Position numbers and translations under genes: made by a program. The notes beneath the pieces are model-generated. The model did not search any database and was not told where the DNA came from. It saw nothing but the letters and a program-made list of their open reading frames with translations. A stretch of 64,000 nucleotides of DNA from Squalus acanthias (Eukaryota), in the NCBI GenBank assembly GCA_030390025.1, contig CM059432.1, forward strand, positions 6,386,001 to 6,450,000, in the 5' to 3' direction. How positions within the stretch are numbered: position 1 is the first letter of the stretch; every line of letters begins with the position of its first letter. Positions 37,845-51,115 of this stretch are shown here, in pieces.

Positions 37845-39590
37845 CGACTACAAACAGACCAGTCGTGTTACTGCAATGCTGAAAGCCCGAGAGTGGGAAA
37901 TGCTTGAGAAGAGGAGGAGGGACTCTAGGCTCCACTTGGTGTATCAAATTATCAGTGGACAAACTGGAATCAGGATGGAAAGTGTGCTACAACCTGCACA
38001 GAACAACAGATCAACAATAGGGAATAGCCAGAAACTAATAAGGTGACTGCTCAAGAAAGACGAACCGCTGTACATGGCCGCCTTTGATCTCACAAAAGCC
38101 TTCGACACTGTCAACCGTGAGGGATTATGGAGTGTCCTCCTCAAATTCGGCTGCCCTCAAAAGTTTGTCACCATCCCCCGCCTGCTTCACGATGACATGC
38201 AAGCCGTGATCCTGACCAACAGTTCCACCGCAGACCCAATTCACGTACGAACCGGGGTCAAGCAAGGCTGTGTCATCGCAACAACGCTCTTCTCGATCTT
38301 CCTTGCTGCAATGCTCCATCTCACCCTCAGTAAGATCCCCACTGGAGTGGAGCTAATTTACTGAACAAACGGGAAACCGTTTAACCTCCGTCGCCTCCAG
38401 TCCAGATCCAAGGTCGTCCCATCCTCTGTCGTCGAATTACAGTATGCAGATGACGCTTGCGTCTGCGCTCACTTGGATGTCGAACTCCAAACCATCGTCA
38501 ACACCTTCACCGAAGCGTACGAGAGCATAGGCCTTACACTAAACATCCGTAAGACAAAGGACCTCTACCAACCTGCCCCCGCCACACAGTACTGCCCCCC
38601 CGATTATCAAAATCCATGACAAAGCCTTGGACAACGTGGACCACTTTCCGTACCTCGGGAGCCTACTGTCAAGGGCAGATGTCGATGTCGAAGTCCAACA
38701 CCGCCTTCAGTGTGCCAGTGCAGCCTTCGGTCACCTGAGGAAGAGTGTGTTTGAAGACCAGGACCTCAAACCCGGCACCAAGCTCATGGTCTACAGAGCA
38801 GCAGTGATACCCGCCCTGCTGTATGCCTCAGAGACATGGGCCATGTACAGCAGGCACCTCAAAGCACTGGAGAGGTACCTCCGCTGCCTCCGCAAGATCC
38901 TGCAAATCCATTAGCAGGATAGGTGCACCAACGTCCGTGTTCTCGCTCAGGCCAACATCCCCAGCATCGAAGCTTTGACCACGCTCGATCAGCTCCGATG
39001 GATCGGTCACATTGTCCGCATGCCTGATACGAGACTCCCAAAACAAGCGCTCTACTCGGAGCTCCGGCACGTCAAGAGAGCCCCAGGTGGGCAGAGGAAA
39101 CGCTTCAAGGACACCCTTAAAGCCTCCTTGAAAAAGTGCAACATCCCCACCGACACCTGGGAATCCCTGGCCCAAGACCGCACAAAGTGAGGAGAAGCAT
39201 CCGGGAAGGTGCTGAACACCTCGAGTCTCTTTGCCGGGAGCAAGCGGAAGTCAAGCGCAGGCAGCGCAAGGAGCGCACATCAGCCCAAGCACTGTCTGCC
39301 CCACCTGTGACAGAGACTGTAGGTCCCGCATTGGACTCATCAGTCACCTGCGAACCCATTTTTAATGTGGAAGCAAGTCATCCAATTGTTTTTCCCCCAC
39401 AAACAATTGTCGACTGGAACCAGTTGGATAACTAAATAGTAACAGCAAGCTCACTAGACACATTTCAACATAAACAGAAGAATTTGAATTAGTAAGTTCA
39501 CTGTTGCGCTTGCCCAGTGACTTCACCCCTTACAAAGTTGATGGGAGTACAGCTAGACGGCATATGCTGACTCAACCGAGACAAGACAAG
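37845..39590 (+). mobile_element. Old LINE 3' end (CR1/L2 group, a subfamily different from the shark CR1s) split by an RTE insertion
   Basis: SRVTAMLKAREWEMLEKRRRDSRLHLVYQII...GNSQKL before the RTE; FPxQTIVDWNQLD after it; gacaagacaag tail. Confidence 0.65.
38061..39382 (+). mobile_element. RTE-clade LINE, 5' truncated and frameshifted
   Basis: FDLTKAFDTVNREGLW..L.KFGCPQKF, GVKQGCVIA, YADD, FPYLGS and QLRWIGHIVRMPDTRLPKQALYSEL motifs. Confidence 0.92.
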
Positions 39591-39809
39591 TCTGTGGCTT
39601 GGGCTATAAATGACCAGATATTGATCCATTTTTTTTGAAAGATGTTATGAATCCTTCTTCACCATTGTTTCTAGTAGGACATTCCATGTCCTAACAGCCC
39701 TCTGTGTTACATAAATAAATCTCCTGACCTCATTCTTTGTTCTTTTGGAGATCTTAAATTTTCCCCTCTGGTTTCCAACTCACTTTTTACATTTTTTTTT
39801 TCCTTGGGC

Positions 39810-40040
39810 TGTGCGCAACACTAGCACAGCATTACTTATTGCCCATCCCTAGTTGCTGTAAGGACATGAAGGGTCAACCACAAAATGTTGGTCTGTAGGC
39901 CAGATCAGGTATGTGTGGCAGGTCCTTTACCCTGAGCGGCATCAGTGAACCAGTTGGGTTTTTATAACAGCTTATATGGTCATTTATTTCTGGTGTCAGC
40001 AACAAATTAGCAGATTTATTGAATTCATTTTCTTAATATG
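39810..40040 (-). mobile_element. Degraded family-2 SINE
   Basis: ttattgcccatccctag...agtgaaccagttgggttttt. Confidence 0.6.
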
Positions 40041-40589
40041 CCAGTACCCATGACCATTAGGCTAATGGAAAGTTTAGTAAGAACCCCCCTGGCTTTTCTA
40101 ATCTTACCTCATAACTAAAACCTGGTATCATCTTGGTAAATCTTTTCCATATCTTCCCAGCCAGTTGCATGGTTTTCTGTGGTGCCATGCCTCCACATCA
40201 GATCTCTGGCTTGTCCAAAGTTTTAGCCCCATGTTTTTTTCCCTCATCAGTTGTCTCCCCTCCATTCTGCACCTATCCTCTGTCGCTGGCGTTGATTCTT
40301 TGTTTGGGTGAGGTGCCATGGCACCTTGCCCAAGTGACCATTATTCATACGAGTAATGTGGCAGTCATTTTGACTACTGGTGGCATTACAGCTGAGCCCG
40401 ATACTTTCCTTACCCAACTTCTGTACATGCATTTCCTGAAGTGGTTGCGAGATAGTGAGCAGGAATTCTGCCTTGAGTTTTCTCCTGGGGTGTGACGGCC
40501 AACTGTAACATTTCCACTGCTTCCTCAGCTGAGATCAGCACAGATTAGGCTTTGAACCTGGGAGGTTGTGTGTATGCTCAGCAAAACTT

Positions 40590-41112
40590 GTTGAGCCATA
40601 CTCTCCACTTGCCTGGATGAGTGCAGCTCCAACAACACTCAAGAAGCTTGACACCATCCAGGACAAAGCAGCCTGTTTGATTGGCACCCCATCCATCACC
40701 TTAAACATTCACTCCCTCCACCACTGGCGCACCGTGGCTGCAGTGTGTACCATCTACAAGATGCACGGCAGCAACTCGCCAAGGCTTCTTTGACTGCACC
40801 TCCCAAACCTGCGACCACTACCATCTAGAAGGACAAGGGCAGCAGGCGCATGGGAGCACCATCGCCTTCAAGTTCCCCTCCAAGTCGCATACCATCCTGA
40901 CTTGGAAATATATCGCCGATCCTTCATCGTCGCAGGGTCAAAATTCTGGAGCTCCCTCCCTAACAGCACTGTGGGAGTACCTTCACCCCACGGACTGCAG
41001 CGGTTCAAGACAGCTCACCACCACCTTCTCGAGGGCAGTTGGGGATGGGCAATAAAGGCTGGCCTTACCAGCAATGCCCACACCCCAGGAACGAATAATA
41101 AAAAAAAAAATT
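40590..41112 (+). mobile_element. LINE 3' end (CR1/L2 group), putative partner of family-2 SINEs
   Basis: YSPLAWMSAAPTTLKKLDTIQDKAACLIG...HSLHHWRTVAAVCTIYKMH; tail shared with SINE family 2. Confidence 0.85.
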
Positions 41113-42002
41113 GGTGACCCTGAATCCTCACTTCCAGTGTAATTTATCGATGAGGCAAGGGTGATGTCACAGCATTGTCCAGCAGGGAAGGGTACCCAAC
41201 CAGGGGGTCTAAATGCAGCTCAGAAAATTGAGATTTTCTAAGTGTAGCATTTTTCTCTATGAAATGGGAGACTGCTTTGAACAAAAGTACTTGTGGACTT
41301 CACTTCTTTAAGCCTCAGCAAATCTCCAATTACTGCAATGTCTTCCTCTTCCTCCCTCAGCTGAATGTAGGCAGCTGCAAACTTATTCCCTTAGTCAGAA
41401 ACAATCCCTTTTCTCCTGCTGGAAACAACTTTAAAAAATAAATACAGGGATGTGTAAAATATTTATTTTTCTCTGCGTATTCCTCTTAACACGGTCTCTA
41501 GGTAGAAACACGATGAAGTGTTGAGTAAATGAATTGAGTAAAAATAATTTGAATTCAGAAAACGACTTCAACTTAAATTGTGAGGGTAGGACAGTTTAAA
41601 ACTGGTAAAGGCAAATTTAGAAATGATGTCAAGAAATTTTTCATGTGCAGATCAATGCATGGAATAAAGTAGCGCAGCCAAAAATCCTGAAATCATTTAA
41701 GAAGTGGTTAGTTAGATTCTGTGATGTAGGACTTTAGATTCTTGATGAATAGATGAGTTCAGATGGACCAAATGTATCTATCTTCTGAATTGAAATGTAA
41801 ATTGCTGCAGTGTAAAAAAGATTAAGTGCTGTGTTGCAGTGTAAATGGCAAGAATAGAGGATATGGATGAAGCAATTTCTATTGAATTGATTTGAATTTG
41901 ACATTAGTCTGATTGTATCCCAGGCTGTTAATTGTACCTCATAATGTAAGACTTCCAAAATTAAGTAGAAATAGTTTAATTTCTATTTTTTTCATTCCAC
42001 AG

Positions 42003-42177
42003 ATCCAGGCTCTTGTTGAAAGTTTGAAACTCTCCATCACAGACCAACAACTTCCTATGCTTATCCGTATAATTCAGCTTGGCATTGCACTCTACTATGG
42101 TGAAATTTGCTCTTACAAAGATGTAGAAGTGGAAGAAATAAGTTCCAATGCAAAGGAGACATCCATTACTCAAATGG
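42003..42177 (+). CDS. VPS13B: VPS13B coding exon (exon 7 equivalent), IQALVESLKLSITDQQLPMLIRIIQLGIALYYGEICSYKDVEVEEISSNAKETSITQM-G
   Basis: Polypyrimidine tract plus ccacAG acceptor, GTaggt donor; 175 bp; phase 0-1; matches VPS13B LVESLKLSITDQQLPM. Confidence 0.96.
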
Positions 42178-42241
42178 GTAGGTAGAAAATATTGAGGTTC
42201 TAATTAGTGCTGCTGGAGATGTTTAATATTGGAGTAAATTA

Positions 42242-42640
42242 GTCCGCTTGATCGGCACCTCACCCACTGGCTTAAACATCCCGCCCTCCACTACTGGTGC
42301 GCCGTGGCTGCAGAGTACTATCTACTGGATGTACTGCATCAACTTGCCAAGGCTGCTTCGTCAGCATCTCCCAAACCTCCATCACCTAGAATGACGAGGG
42401 CAGCAGGTGCATGGGAACACCATCACCTCCACGTCCCCCACCATCCTGACTTGGACATATATCGCTGTTACTTCATTGTCACTGGGTCAAAATCCTGGGA
42501 CGCCCTAACAACACTGTGGGAGCACCTTCACCACACAGACTGCAGCAGTTCAAGAAGGAGGCTCACCACCACCTTCTCGAGGGCAGTTGGGGATGGGCAA
42601 TAAATGCTGGCGTTGCCAGCGACGTCCACATTCCATGAAT
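42242..42640 (+). mobile_element. Second copy of the same LINE 3' end
   Basis: Collinear with about 40670-41100. Confidence 0.82.
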
Positions 42641-42850
42641 TTTTTTTATTATTAATCACTCAAAAGGGCTGCAAAACATCATCTTTTAGTGCTCCAAGTC
42701 ATTGGTAGCAACATAATGTATCAAGTTTTCATAGACAGTGGCTTAGTTACATAAGACATTGGTACATGGTAGGACATACACTTACAATTGCCTTTGTGAC
42801 AAGATTTCATTAATTGGGATATGGAGTCCAATACAGACTGCTTTCATGCA

Positions 42851-43275
42851 CCAGGTTGGAGAAGCTGGATTTGTTTTCATTAGAGCAAAGGAGATTGAGG
42901 GGTGATTTGATAGAGGTGTACAAGATTATGACGGGTTTGGATAGGCTAGATGGGGAAAGGCTGTTTCCACTAGTTGATGGTACAAGGATTAGGGCGACAC
43001 AGATTTAAGGTTTTGGCCAAGAGATACAGGGGGGATGTGAGGAAAAACTTTTTTACGCCGCGAGTGGTGATGACCTGGAATTCGCTGCCGACGGATGTGG
43101 TGGAAGTGGAAACACTCAATGTTTTCAAGGGGAGACTGGATAGGAACTTGAGGGAAATAAACTTGCAGGGCTACGGGGATAGAGCAGGGGAATGGGACTG
43201 ACTGGATTGCTCTACAGAGAGCCGGCACGGACTCGATGGGCCGAATGGCCTCCTACTGTGCCGTTATGACTCTAT
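42851..43275 (+). mobile_element. CR1 3' end
   Basis: RLEKLDLFSLEQRRLRGDLIEVYKIM; ggccgaatggcct tail. Confidence 0.9.
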
Positions 43276-44162
43276 GACCTCTTCCCTTGTGCCAGTTCAC
43301 CTGCATGAGATGGGAAATGGTTCATAGTGTAGGGGGTTATGGGGAAAGAGGATGGGAAATGCTTTCCTTGAAAATTTTGGGGAAAATTGTGAAATCTGAC
43401 ATAACTCCTTTGCAGCTTCATGACAGCTGTAGTTGAAATTGTTGTAATACAATTCAAGTATCGCAATGAGGTAGCACATCGTAAATCTCCAAACCAGGAA
43501 ATGGTTGTAATTCTGATTCCTAAAGTACCGTAATTATGTTGTCTTTATAACAATTATATTGATTATGTAGTTTATTGGCCACAAGTGCTGTACGATTAAA
43601 TCTCGTTTTACTTGTGCTCAAGATGGCTCTAACAGAAGGAGGAACATTTACGCACCTGGAGTACGATCTAAGATTCATCTAATGTTGGGGGAACTAGTTG
43701 TAAAACAACGAGTAAACTATCTTGTAGACAAAGGATTATTGTACCCCAGGTGTGTTTTTTTATATATAGAACCTATGTTTTATTTTCTCAGAGAGGAAAT
43801 AAAATTATGAATGTTTTCTTTTCGCCAGAAATGCAGTACAGTTTCCTGTAATGACACAGCAGTGTGTGTCTCTGTAGCCTTTACAGCAAAGTACAGGTAC
43901 TGTACTTTAAGTGTAGTCACTGCTGTAATGCTGGTGATAAAAAAAAATTGAACTGTGAACTATTGTTCGAAGTGTGTGATAGTGTTTGATGGTATATAGG
44001 TAAACATTTATTCAATTCTGTTACGTGAATTCTGCTCTGTTATCTTGCCTGCACACAACGTTTAATACAGATTTAAAAAAAAATCTTTTCCAGAAAAATA
44101 CAAACCTTATTGTTCTATTTTATTGACGCCTCTATACCTGATAAGGTAATAATCTTGAGCAG

Positions 44163-44630
44163 ACAGCTATGGCTCAGTGGATAGCACTCTTGCCTCTGAG
44201 TGAGAAGGTTGTGGGTTCAAGTCCCACTCCAGGGACCTGAGCACAAAATCAAGGCTGACACCGCATAGCAGTTCTGAGGGAGCGCTGCACTAACAGAGAT
44301 GCTGTCTTTCGGATGAGATGTTAAACCGAGGCCCCATCTGCTTTGTCAGGTGGATGTAAAAGATCCCATGGCACTATTCGTAGAAGAGCAGGCGATTTCT
44401 TCCCGGTGTCCTCCCAATATTTGTCCCTCAACCAACATCACTAAAACAGATTATCTGGTCATTATCACATTACTGTTTGTGGGAGCTTGCTGTGTGCAAA
44501 TTGGCTGCCGCGTTTCCTACATTACAGCAGTGACTACACTTCAAAAGCACAGTACCTGTACTTTGCCTGTAAAGCGCTTTGGGATGTCCTGAAGTCGTGA
44601 AAGGTGCCATATAAAGGTGTTTTCTTTCTT
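44163..44630 (+). mobile_element. Full-length Deu-domain SINE
   Basis: A/B boxes, Deu core, tail. Confidence 0.9.
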
Positions 44631-46063
44631 AACTACAAGTCAACTTAAGAATTTTCTAGGCTGGAATTTGTAAATACTTAAAATTTCAAGACTTCAGTTA
44701 TTTTAATCTCTCTTCACCTCGAGGTGCTGATTTTTGTAGAATTCTAATCCGATGACTTCATTGGGATGTGAAGCTTGATCAGCATGGGATGTGGAGCTGA
44801 AGCGCAAGTTCCAGAAGGTCATGGTAATTTATTTGGAGGAATACTGGGTAGTATGATCTGTAGAAACTGCTCGAAACCTAAGCAATTAGTGTTGGCTGGC
44901 ATGAATAGCATTCTTCATTCAGCGCCAGATGTGCAGTTTGTTGTCATGCTGCTGCTATGTGGAACCATGCAAGTGAATTAGTAGTCTATCAGAAAAATAT
45001 ACAAGTGGGATTAGCTGCTGGAACAGAAATTTCAAATTGCTGATATAAATGGTACGTCTTGTGGAATTCAGGTTTTCATCGCTTTAAAAGTAGCTTGCTT
45101 GCTACTGTTGATCTTAATTTTTTTTCAAAAGCTGCAATATCTTTTGGTTAAACAAACCAAACCTTTAAAGTGTACTCTCGAAGTGCATTCCCCTAATATA
45201 TTTCTCTCTAACCTCCCCAATCTTAGCTTTTGTCAGCTTTCTGTCTTCACACAGAACGGGAGGAGGAACTGGCTGAGGCACAGCCTTTATCCATTACAGT
45301 CGTAACCACTGGAATGTGGTGATCCAGCCACTGTATGTTAAGGTTGTAATAGCAAGCCGTTATCAAAGCTTTATTTCACTTTATCTCCTTGTTTTAGGTT
45401 TTTCCCCGTTTGTCCGAAGTTAGCTCCATCCCCTGTATTACACATCATTTAACAAGCATGAGAGACTATAGAGCGGTGGGAGGATGATGGCAAGTATTCT
45501 GCCTGCTCTGAAATGCCACCAGTGTATTTACTCATGCAGAACTACCCGTATTCCAACAGAAAATGGTCCTTGGGTCCTCTCCGGTCCAAATAACTCCCAT
45601 GACCAGAGCTGCCTGCCAAAATATGCCCGGGGTCCCTTCCAAGTATGAACAACTATCTTGATGTGTCCCTGAAAAATACTGTCTGAACAAAGCATGACCC
45701 AACCACCCAATATATATTAATATATTAATGAAGGTAATCTTTAAGTCTTTCATTGTGAAATTCAAGTGCATTTTGTAAAATTTCAATATTAAATTTGTGC
45801 TAAAATGGTGTGAAATGTTTTGCACAATAGATAAGACGCCTATTGGCACTTAGATTGTAAATAGGTAAGAAAAATATTCCAAGAATAAAAAAGTGGAAAA
45901 GACGAATAGAATAAGGAAATAGGAAAAAAAAATTGAAGGGAGCAGTGTAAGAAAAGCTTGTTTAAGGTGCTGAAGCAGATGTCCTCAGAAAATTTCAGCA
46001 TATTAGAACATCGCACAGCAAAGATTTATTCTTGTATAATTGGCTGTAATTTTGCTGAGACTT

Positions 46064-47512
46064 CATAGAATGGTTACAGCACAGAAGGAGGCCATTTGGC
46101 CTGTCCAATTCCCCTTTGAAAGCCAAGATTGAATCTGCCTCCACCACCCTCTCAGGCAGTGCATTCCAGATCCTAACCACTTGCTGCGTAAAAAAGTTTT
46201 TCCCCATGTCGCCTTTGGTCCTTCTGCCAATCACCTTAAATCTGTGTCCTCTGGTTCTCGACCCTTCCGCCAATGGGAACAGTTTCTCTCTACTCTGTCT
46301 AGACCCCATCATGATTTTGAACACCTCTATCAAATCTCCTCTCAACCTTCTCTGCTCAAAGGAGAACCCCAGCTTCTCCAGTCTAGCAAAGTAACTGAAG
46401 TCCCTCATTCCTGGAACCATTCTTGTAAATCTTTTCTGCACCCCCTCGAAGGCCTTCACATTCTTTCTAAAGTGCGGTGCCCAGAATTGGACACAATACT
46501 CCAGTTGAGGCCGAACCAGTGTTTTATAAAGGTTCAGTGTAACTTCCTTGCTTTTGTACTCTATGCCTCTATTTATGAATCCCAGGATCCCGTATGCTTT
46601 TTTAACTGCTTTCTCAACCTGCCCTGCCACCTTCAACGATTTGTGCACATATACCCCCAGGTCTCTCTGTTCATGCACCCCCTTTAGAATTGTACCCTTT
46701 AGTTCATATTGCCGCTCCTCATTCTTGCTACCAAAATGTATCACTTTGCATTTTTCTGTGTTAAATTTCATTTCCACGTGTCCGCCCATTCCACCAGCCT
46801 GTCTATGTCCTCTTGAAGTCTATCACGATCCTCCTCACTATACTTCCAAGTTTTGTGTCATCTGCAAATTTGAAATTGTGCCCTGTACACCCAAGTCCAA
46901 GTCATTGATATTTATCAAGAAAAGCAGTGGTCCTAGTACCGACCCCTGGGGAACACCATTGTATACCTTCCTCCAGTCCGAAAAACAACCGTTCACCACT
47001 ACTCTGTTTCCTGTCACTTAGCCAATTTTGTATCCATGCTGCCACTGTCCCTTTTATTCCATGGGCTTCAACTTTGCTGGCAAGCCAGCACTTTATCAAA
47101 TGCCTTTTGGAAGTCCATGTACACCACATCAACCGCATTGCCCTCATTAACCCTCTCTGTTAACTCATCAAAAAACTCAATCAAGTTAGTTAAACACAAT
47201 TTGCCTCTAACAAATCTGTGCTGGCTTTCCTTAATTAATCCACACTTGTCCAAGTGAGTGTTCGTTTTGTCCTGGATTATTGTTTCTAAAAGCTTCCCCA
47301 CTATCGAGGTTAAACTGACTGGCTTGTAATTGCTGGGTTTCTCCTTGCACCCTTTTTTTGAACAAGGGTGTAACATTTGCAATTCTCCAGTCCTCTGGAA
47401 CCACCCCTGCATCCAAGGAGGATTGGAAGATTGTGGCCAGTACCTCCGCAATTTCCACCTTTACTTCCCTGAGCATCCTAGGATGCATCTCATCTGGTCC
47501 TGGTGACTTTAG
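46064..47512 (-). mobile_element. CR1 LINE fragment (RT to 3' end)
   Basis: KSPGPDEMHPRMLRE, DFQKAFDKV and LVRPQLEYCVQFWAP motifs; several frameshifts. Confidence 0.92.
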
Positions 47513-47529
47513 CAACGCCAACAGCATCT

Positions 47530-47930
47530 TGCATTAATGTTGAAAAACATCTCGAGGCATTTCACCGAGGAACGAAGGGGAAAAAAAACCAGATGTTGAG
47601 CCACAGAAGAGATTGGGAGGTGTGACCAAGATCTTACTTGGAGAGGTGCATTTTAAGGAGGGTCTTAAAGGAAGAGATAAAGGTGGTGAGGCAAAGGGGT
47701 TTGGCTCTGAAATTCTAAAGCATGGGGCCAAGGCAGCTGAAGGCACAGCTGCCAATGGTGAGGTGAATTTTTAATTTATATTATATATTGGAGGGTGGGT
47801 GGAGACCCAGGGGACCATGTAGGTGAGCAAGGATCAGGTTGATGGGTGAACAGGACTAGGTGTAGGTTAGGATATGGGCAGCAGAGTTTTGGATGAGCTG
47901 AAGTTTAGAAAGTGGAGGATGGGAGGCCAG
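47530..47930 (-). mobile_element. Old L2 fragment
   Basis: ttttaaggagggtcttaaagga...gcagctgaaggcac...gcagagttttggatga. Confidence 0.7.
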
Positions 47931-49044
47931 TGAGGATTTTCACATGAGTCTATCCCATTAATGGAGTCAACATGCAAATAAATGCTACTGTCATGCACTT
48001 TCAACCTCAGTGCAAGGCACAACCTGTGCAATATTTTACAGTTTTTTGAGCACCTTGCCTTTCTTTGGCATTAAATCCAGTATATAACCTAAAGCAAAAT
48101 ACCTGTTGCTTTTATTACTGCATTTCAGGCTAAGTTGTTGGAGAATCACCACTGAAACCTGTTTAAGAACACAATGCACAAATACTTTTGTCCTATAATT
48201 TATTCCGTGAAAACAGCTTTTACTCTCCAACTTTTAAATTGCCTCAGCAGAGCACACATTTACACCTCCTTTCTGCATCCAAAGATTCTCCTTTCTGTAT
48301 CTGGACTCAATTTAAGACTTGTCTAACTCTTTGGCTGTAGACATATATATATTTACATTACCTTACCTGCCCACTATTTTGATCCAAATTGCAGCCATTA
48401 AATTTATAGGTCACAACAAGCGCGCTTACTAAACAATATATATTTTGCTGGCAAAAGTAATATTTTTGTTGGTTATGGAAGTTTATTAAAGTGCAACATA
48501 TTGCACGATACTCAATAGTATTATTGGTTTAAAATGTTCAACAATTGCTGTGATATTAAAGAAAAAACGTGGCCATTATCCAACAGTACAGAATTGTCAG
48601 TCCATGTGTTTGTTCTCCGAGACTAAATGTTAAGGGAATATAGCGTTTTAGAAAACTGTTCTTCTTGGGTGTGGTTTTAAATCAGTCCCAATAGATGAGA
48701 CAAAGTCTTCTCTCTAAAGGCTATTAAGGATCACAAGTACAAAGCGTTCTGGCAGTCTCGATCCAGTTCTCTGTGGACATGAGATAACAGCATAAAAATT
48801 CTTTAAATTTATCAGTATTATTTGAGGTCACAAGGACTGTATAAAGCAATACTAAGATATTTTGTGCATTGCTAAACACTTTTTTTGAAGTTGAGGTGCA
48901 ACTGCAGCAGAGAATGAGGCAGTAAACCTCAGTTTTACCTAACCTGTTCATTTTGTTCCCCTTGCTGAACATATATACACAAGGTTTAATCATACTTGGC
49001 TGTTGTATGCTCATAGAGATCTAGAAAGTAATTCTTATCAGGGT

Positions 49045-50300
49045 TTCAGTTTTGGACAAGTTTAAGTTAGTGGAGGATGGGAGGCCCACCAGAAGGGCAT
49101 TGAAATAATCGAGTCTGGAGGGGAGAAAGGCATGGACGAGGGTATCAGTGGCAGATGGGTTGAGAGAGGGGCAGAGGCAGGTGATTTAAAAATGAATTGT
49201 CTGGATGTGGCCAGCATTTATTGCCCATATTGGTCTTGCCAGCGACGCCCACATCCCAGGAATGGATTAAAAAAAAATCTCCAGTTGCCCTGAGAAGGTG
49301 ATGGTGGGTATTGTGGTTTGATTCAACTGTGTGGCTTGCTCGACCACTTCAGAGGGCAGTTAAGAGTCAACCACAATGGTGTGGGACTAGAGTAACACAA
49401 AGGCCAGGCTAGGTAAGGACTTTGGTGAACCAGTTGGGTTTTTACGACAATCCGACAGCTACATGGTACACTTTTTACTTGTATCAGCCTTTCATTTCCA
49501 GATTTAAACTGAATTCAAATTCTCAAACTAGCATGATGGGATTTGAACTGACGTTCTCTGGATTGTTGTTCCATGCCTTTGGCTTACTCGTTGGGTAACA
49601 TAACCACTATACTACCGTGTGCGTTATGGAGGTGAAAGTAGGCGGCCTTTGTGATGGGTGAGGCTATGGGATCAGAGGTTCAGCTCGGAGTTGAATAGGA
49701 CGCAGAGATTGCTAACGAGATTAGCATGAGACAGTGGCTATGGAGGGGGATGGAATTAGTGGCAAGGGCACGGACTTTGTGTTTGAGCGCTGGAGACAAT
49801 GACTTTGGTCTTCCCAATGAGGAAATTGCAGCTCTTTGGCTTTAGTCAGATGGATGTCAGACAAGCGGTGGAGGAGTTGAGCGAGGTAGGGGGAGGTTGG
49901 ATTGGGTGTCATCAGCGTACATGTGAAGCTGCCTGCATGTCTGCAGATGATGTTGCCAATGGGTGAGAAAAGGGCCAAAGATAGCTCCTTGAGGGACTCC
50001 AGAGGTGATGGTGCAGGGACAGGAAGAGAAGCCATTTCTGGAGCCGATCTGGCTATAATTGGATTGGTAAGAGTGGAACCAAGTGAGGGCTCTTCAAGTG
50101 AGCTGGACAGTGGAAGAGAAACCTTGGAGGAGAATGGAGTGATCACTGTGACAAAGGCTATAGAATGGGTGATGAGAGATAATGCATCATGGTTACAAGG
50201 ACAGAAAATGTCGTTTGTGACATTGTTTAGGAATGTTTCAGTGCTGTGACAGGAGTGGAAACCTCATTGGAGAGATTCGGAGGTTTGGCTTGATGGGCAA
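49045..50300 (-). mobile_element. Old L2 fragment with a nested family-2 SINE (~49195-49617)
   Basis: L2 RT remnants (gtcatcagcgtacatg = MYADD on the minus strand); SINE body inside. Confidence 0.75.
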
Positions 50301-50489
50301 GGGGGAAGCAGGAGAGGCAGCTGAATGGGTGGTCACAAATAAATTCATGAGCTCCTTTCCCTTGTTGTGAGAGGTGAGGGATTTAAGGAGGCACTTAATA
50401 GTGGAGAAAAGAAGCTGGGAGTTATCTTGACTCTCGTGGAATAATGGGTGGTTTTGGCAGAGTAGAGTGAGGCTTGACAGTGCTTTATG

Positions 50490-51115
50490 TGATGCAGCTG
50501 GATCTGAACCCCATTTACCTTATTAAAAGTCCTCAGAATTTTGAACACCTCTGTCAAATCTTGCAACTTTCTCTGCTCTCCTAATAACTAAAGTGTCCCG
50601 TACCTGATATTGTCTTAGTGAATCTCTTCTGGGCCCAATCTGTGGCTTGATGCTCTTCCTAAACAGATTTAAGGTGATTGGCAAAAGAACCAAAGGTGAC
50701 ATGAGGAAAAACGTTTTTACGCAGCGAGTGGTTAGGATCTGGAATGTGCTGCCTGAAAGGATGGTGGAGGCAGACTCAATCGTAGCTTTAAAAAGGGAAT
50801 TGGATAAGTACCTGAAGGAAAATAAATTAGCAGGACAACGGGGAAAGGACGAGCAAGTGGGACTAGCTGAAGTGCTCTTGCAGAGAGCCGGCACGGGCTC
50901 GACGGGCCAAATGGCCTCCTGTGCTGTAACCATTCTATGATTCTAAAGTAAGATGTCAAAGATGGGGCATAATATTCTAATTGGCATTTAACCAGTGATT
51001 TGTACAGGTTTAGCATTACCTTTTTACTTTTGTACTGTATGCCCCTATTTATAACATCTAGGATTTCCATATGCTTAAAGCTTTTTCAGTTTGTCCTGTC
51101 ACTTTTTAAGATTTA
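50490..51115 (-). mobile_element. Old CR1 fragment with a younger opposite-strand CR1 3' end nested at ~50663-50943
   Basis: Minus strand INRGIQYKSKKVMLNLYKSLV...LEY; plus strand QRVVRIWNVLPE...ccattctatgattct. Confidence 0.8.

Noticed and set aside
45398..45720. Exon-like unique segment after ttttag with short open frames
   Set aside because: Stops in the frames I read, no recognisable protein, and no fit to VPS13B.
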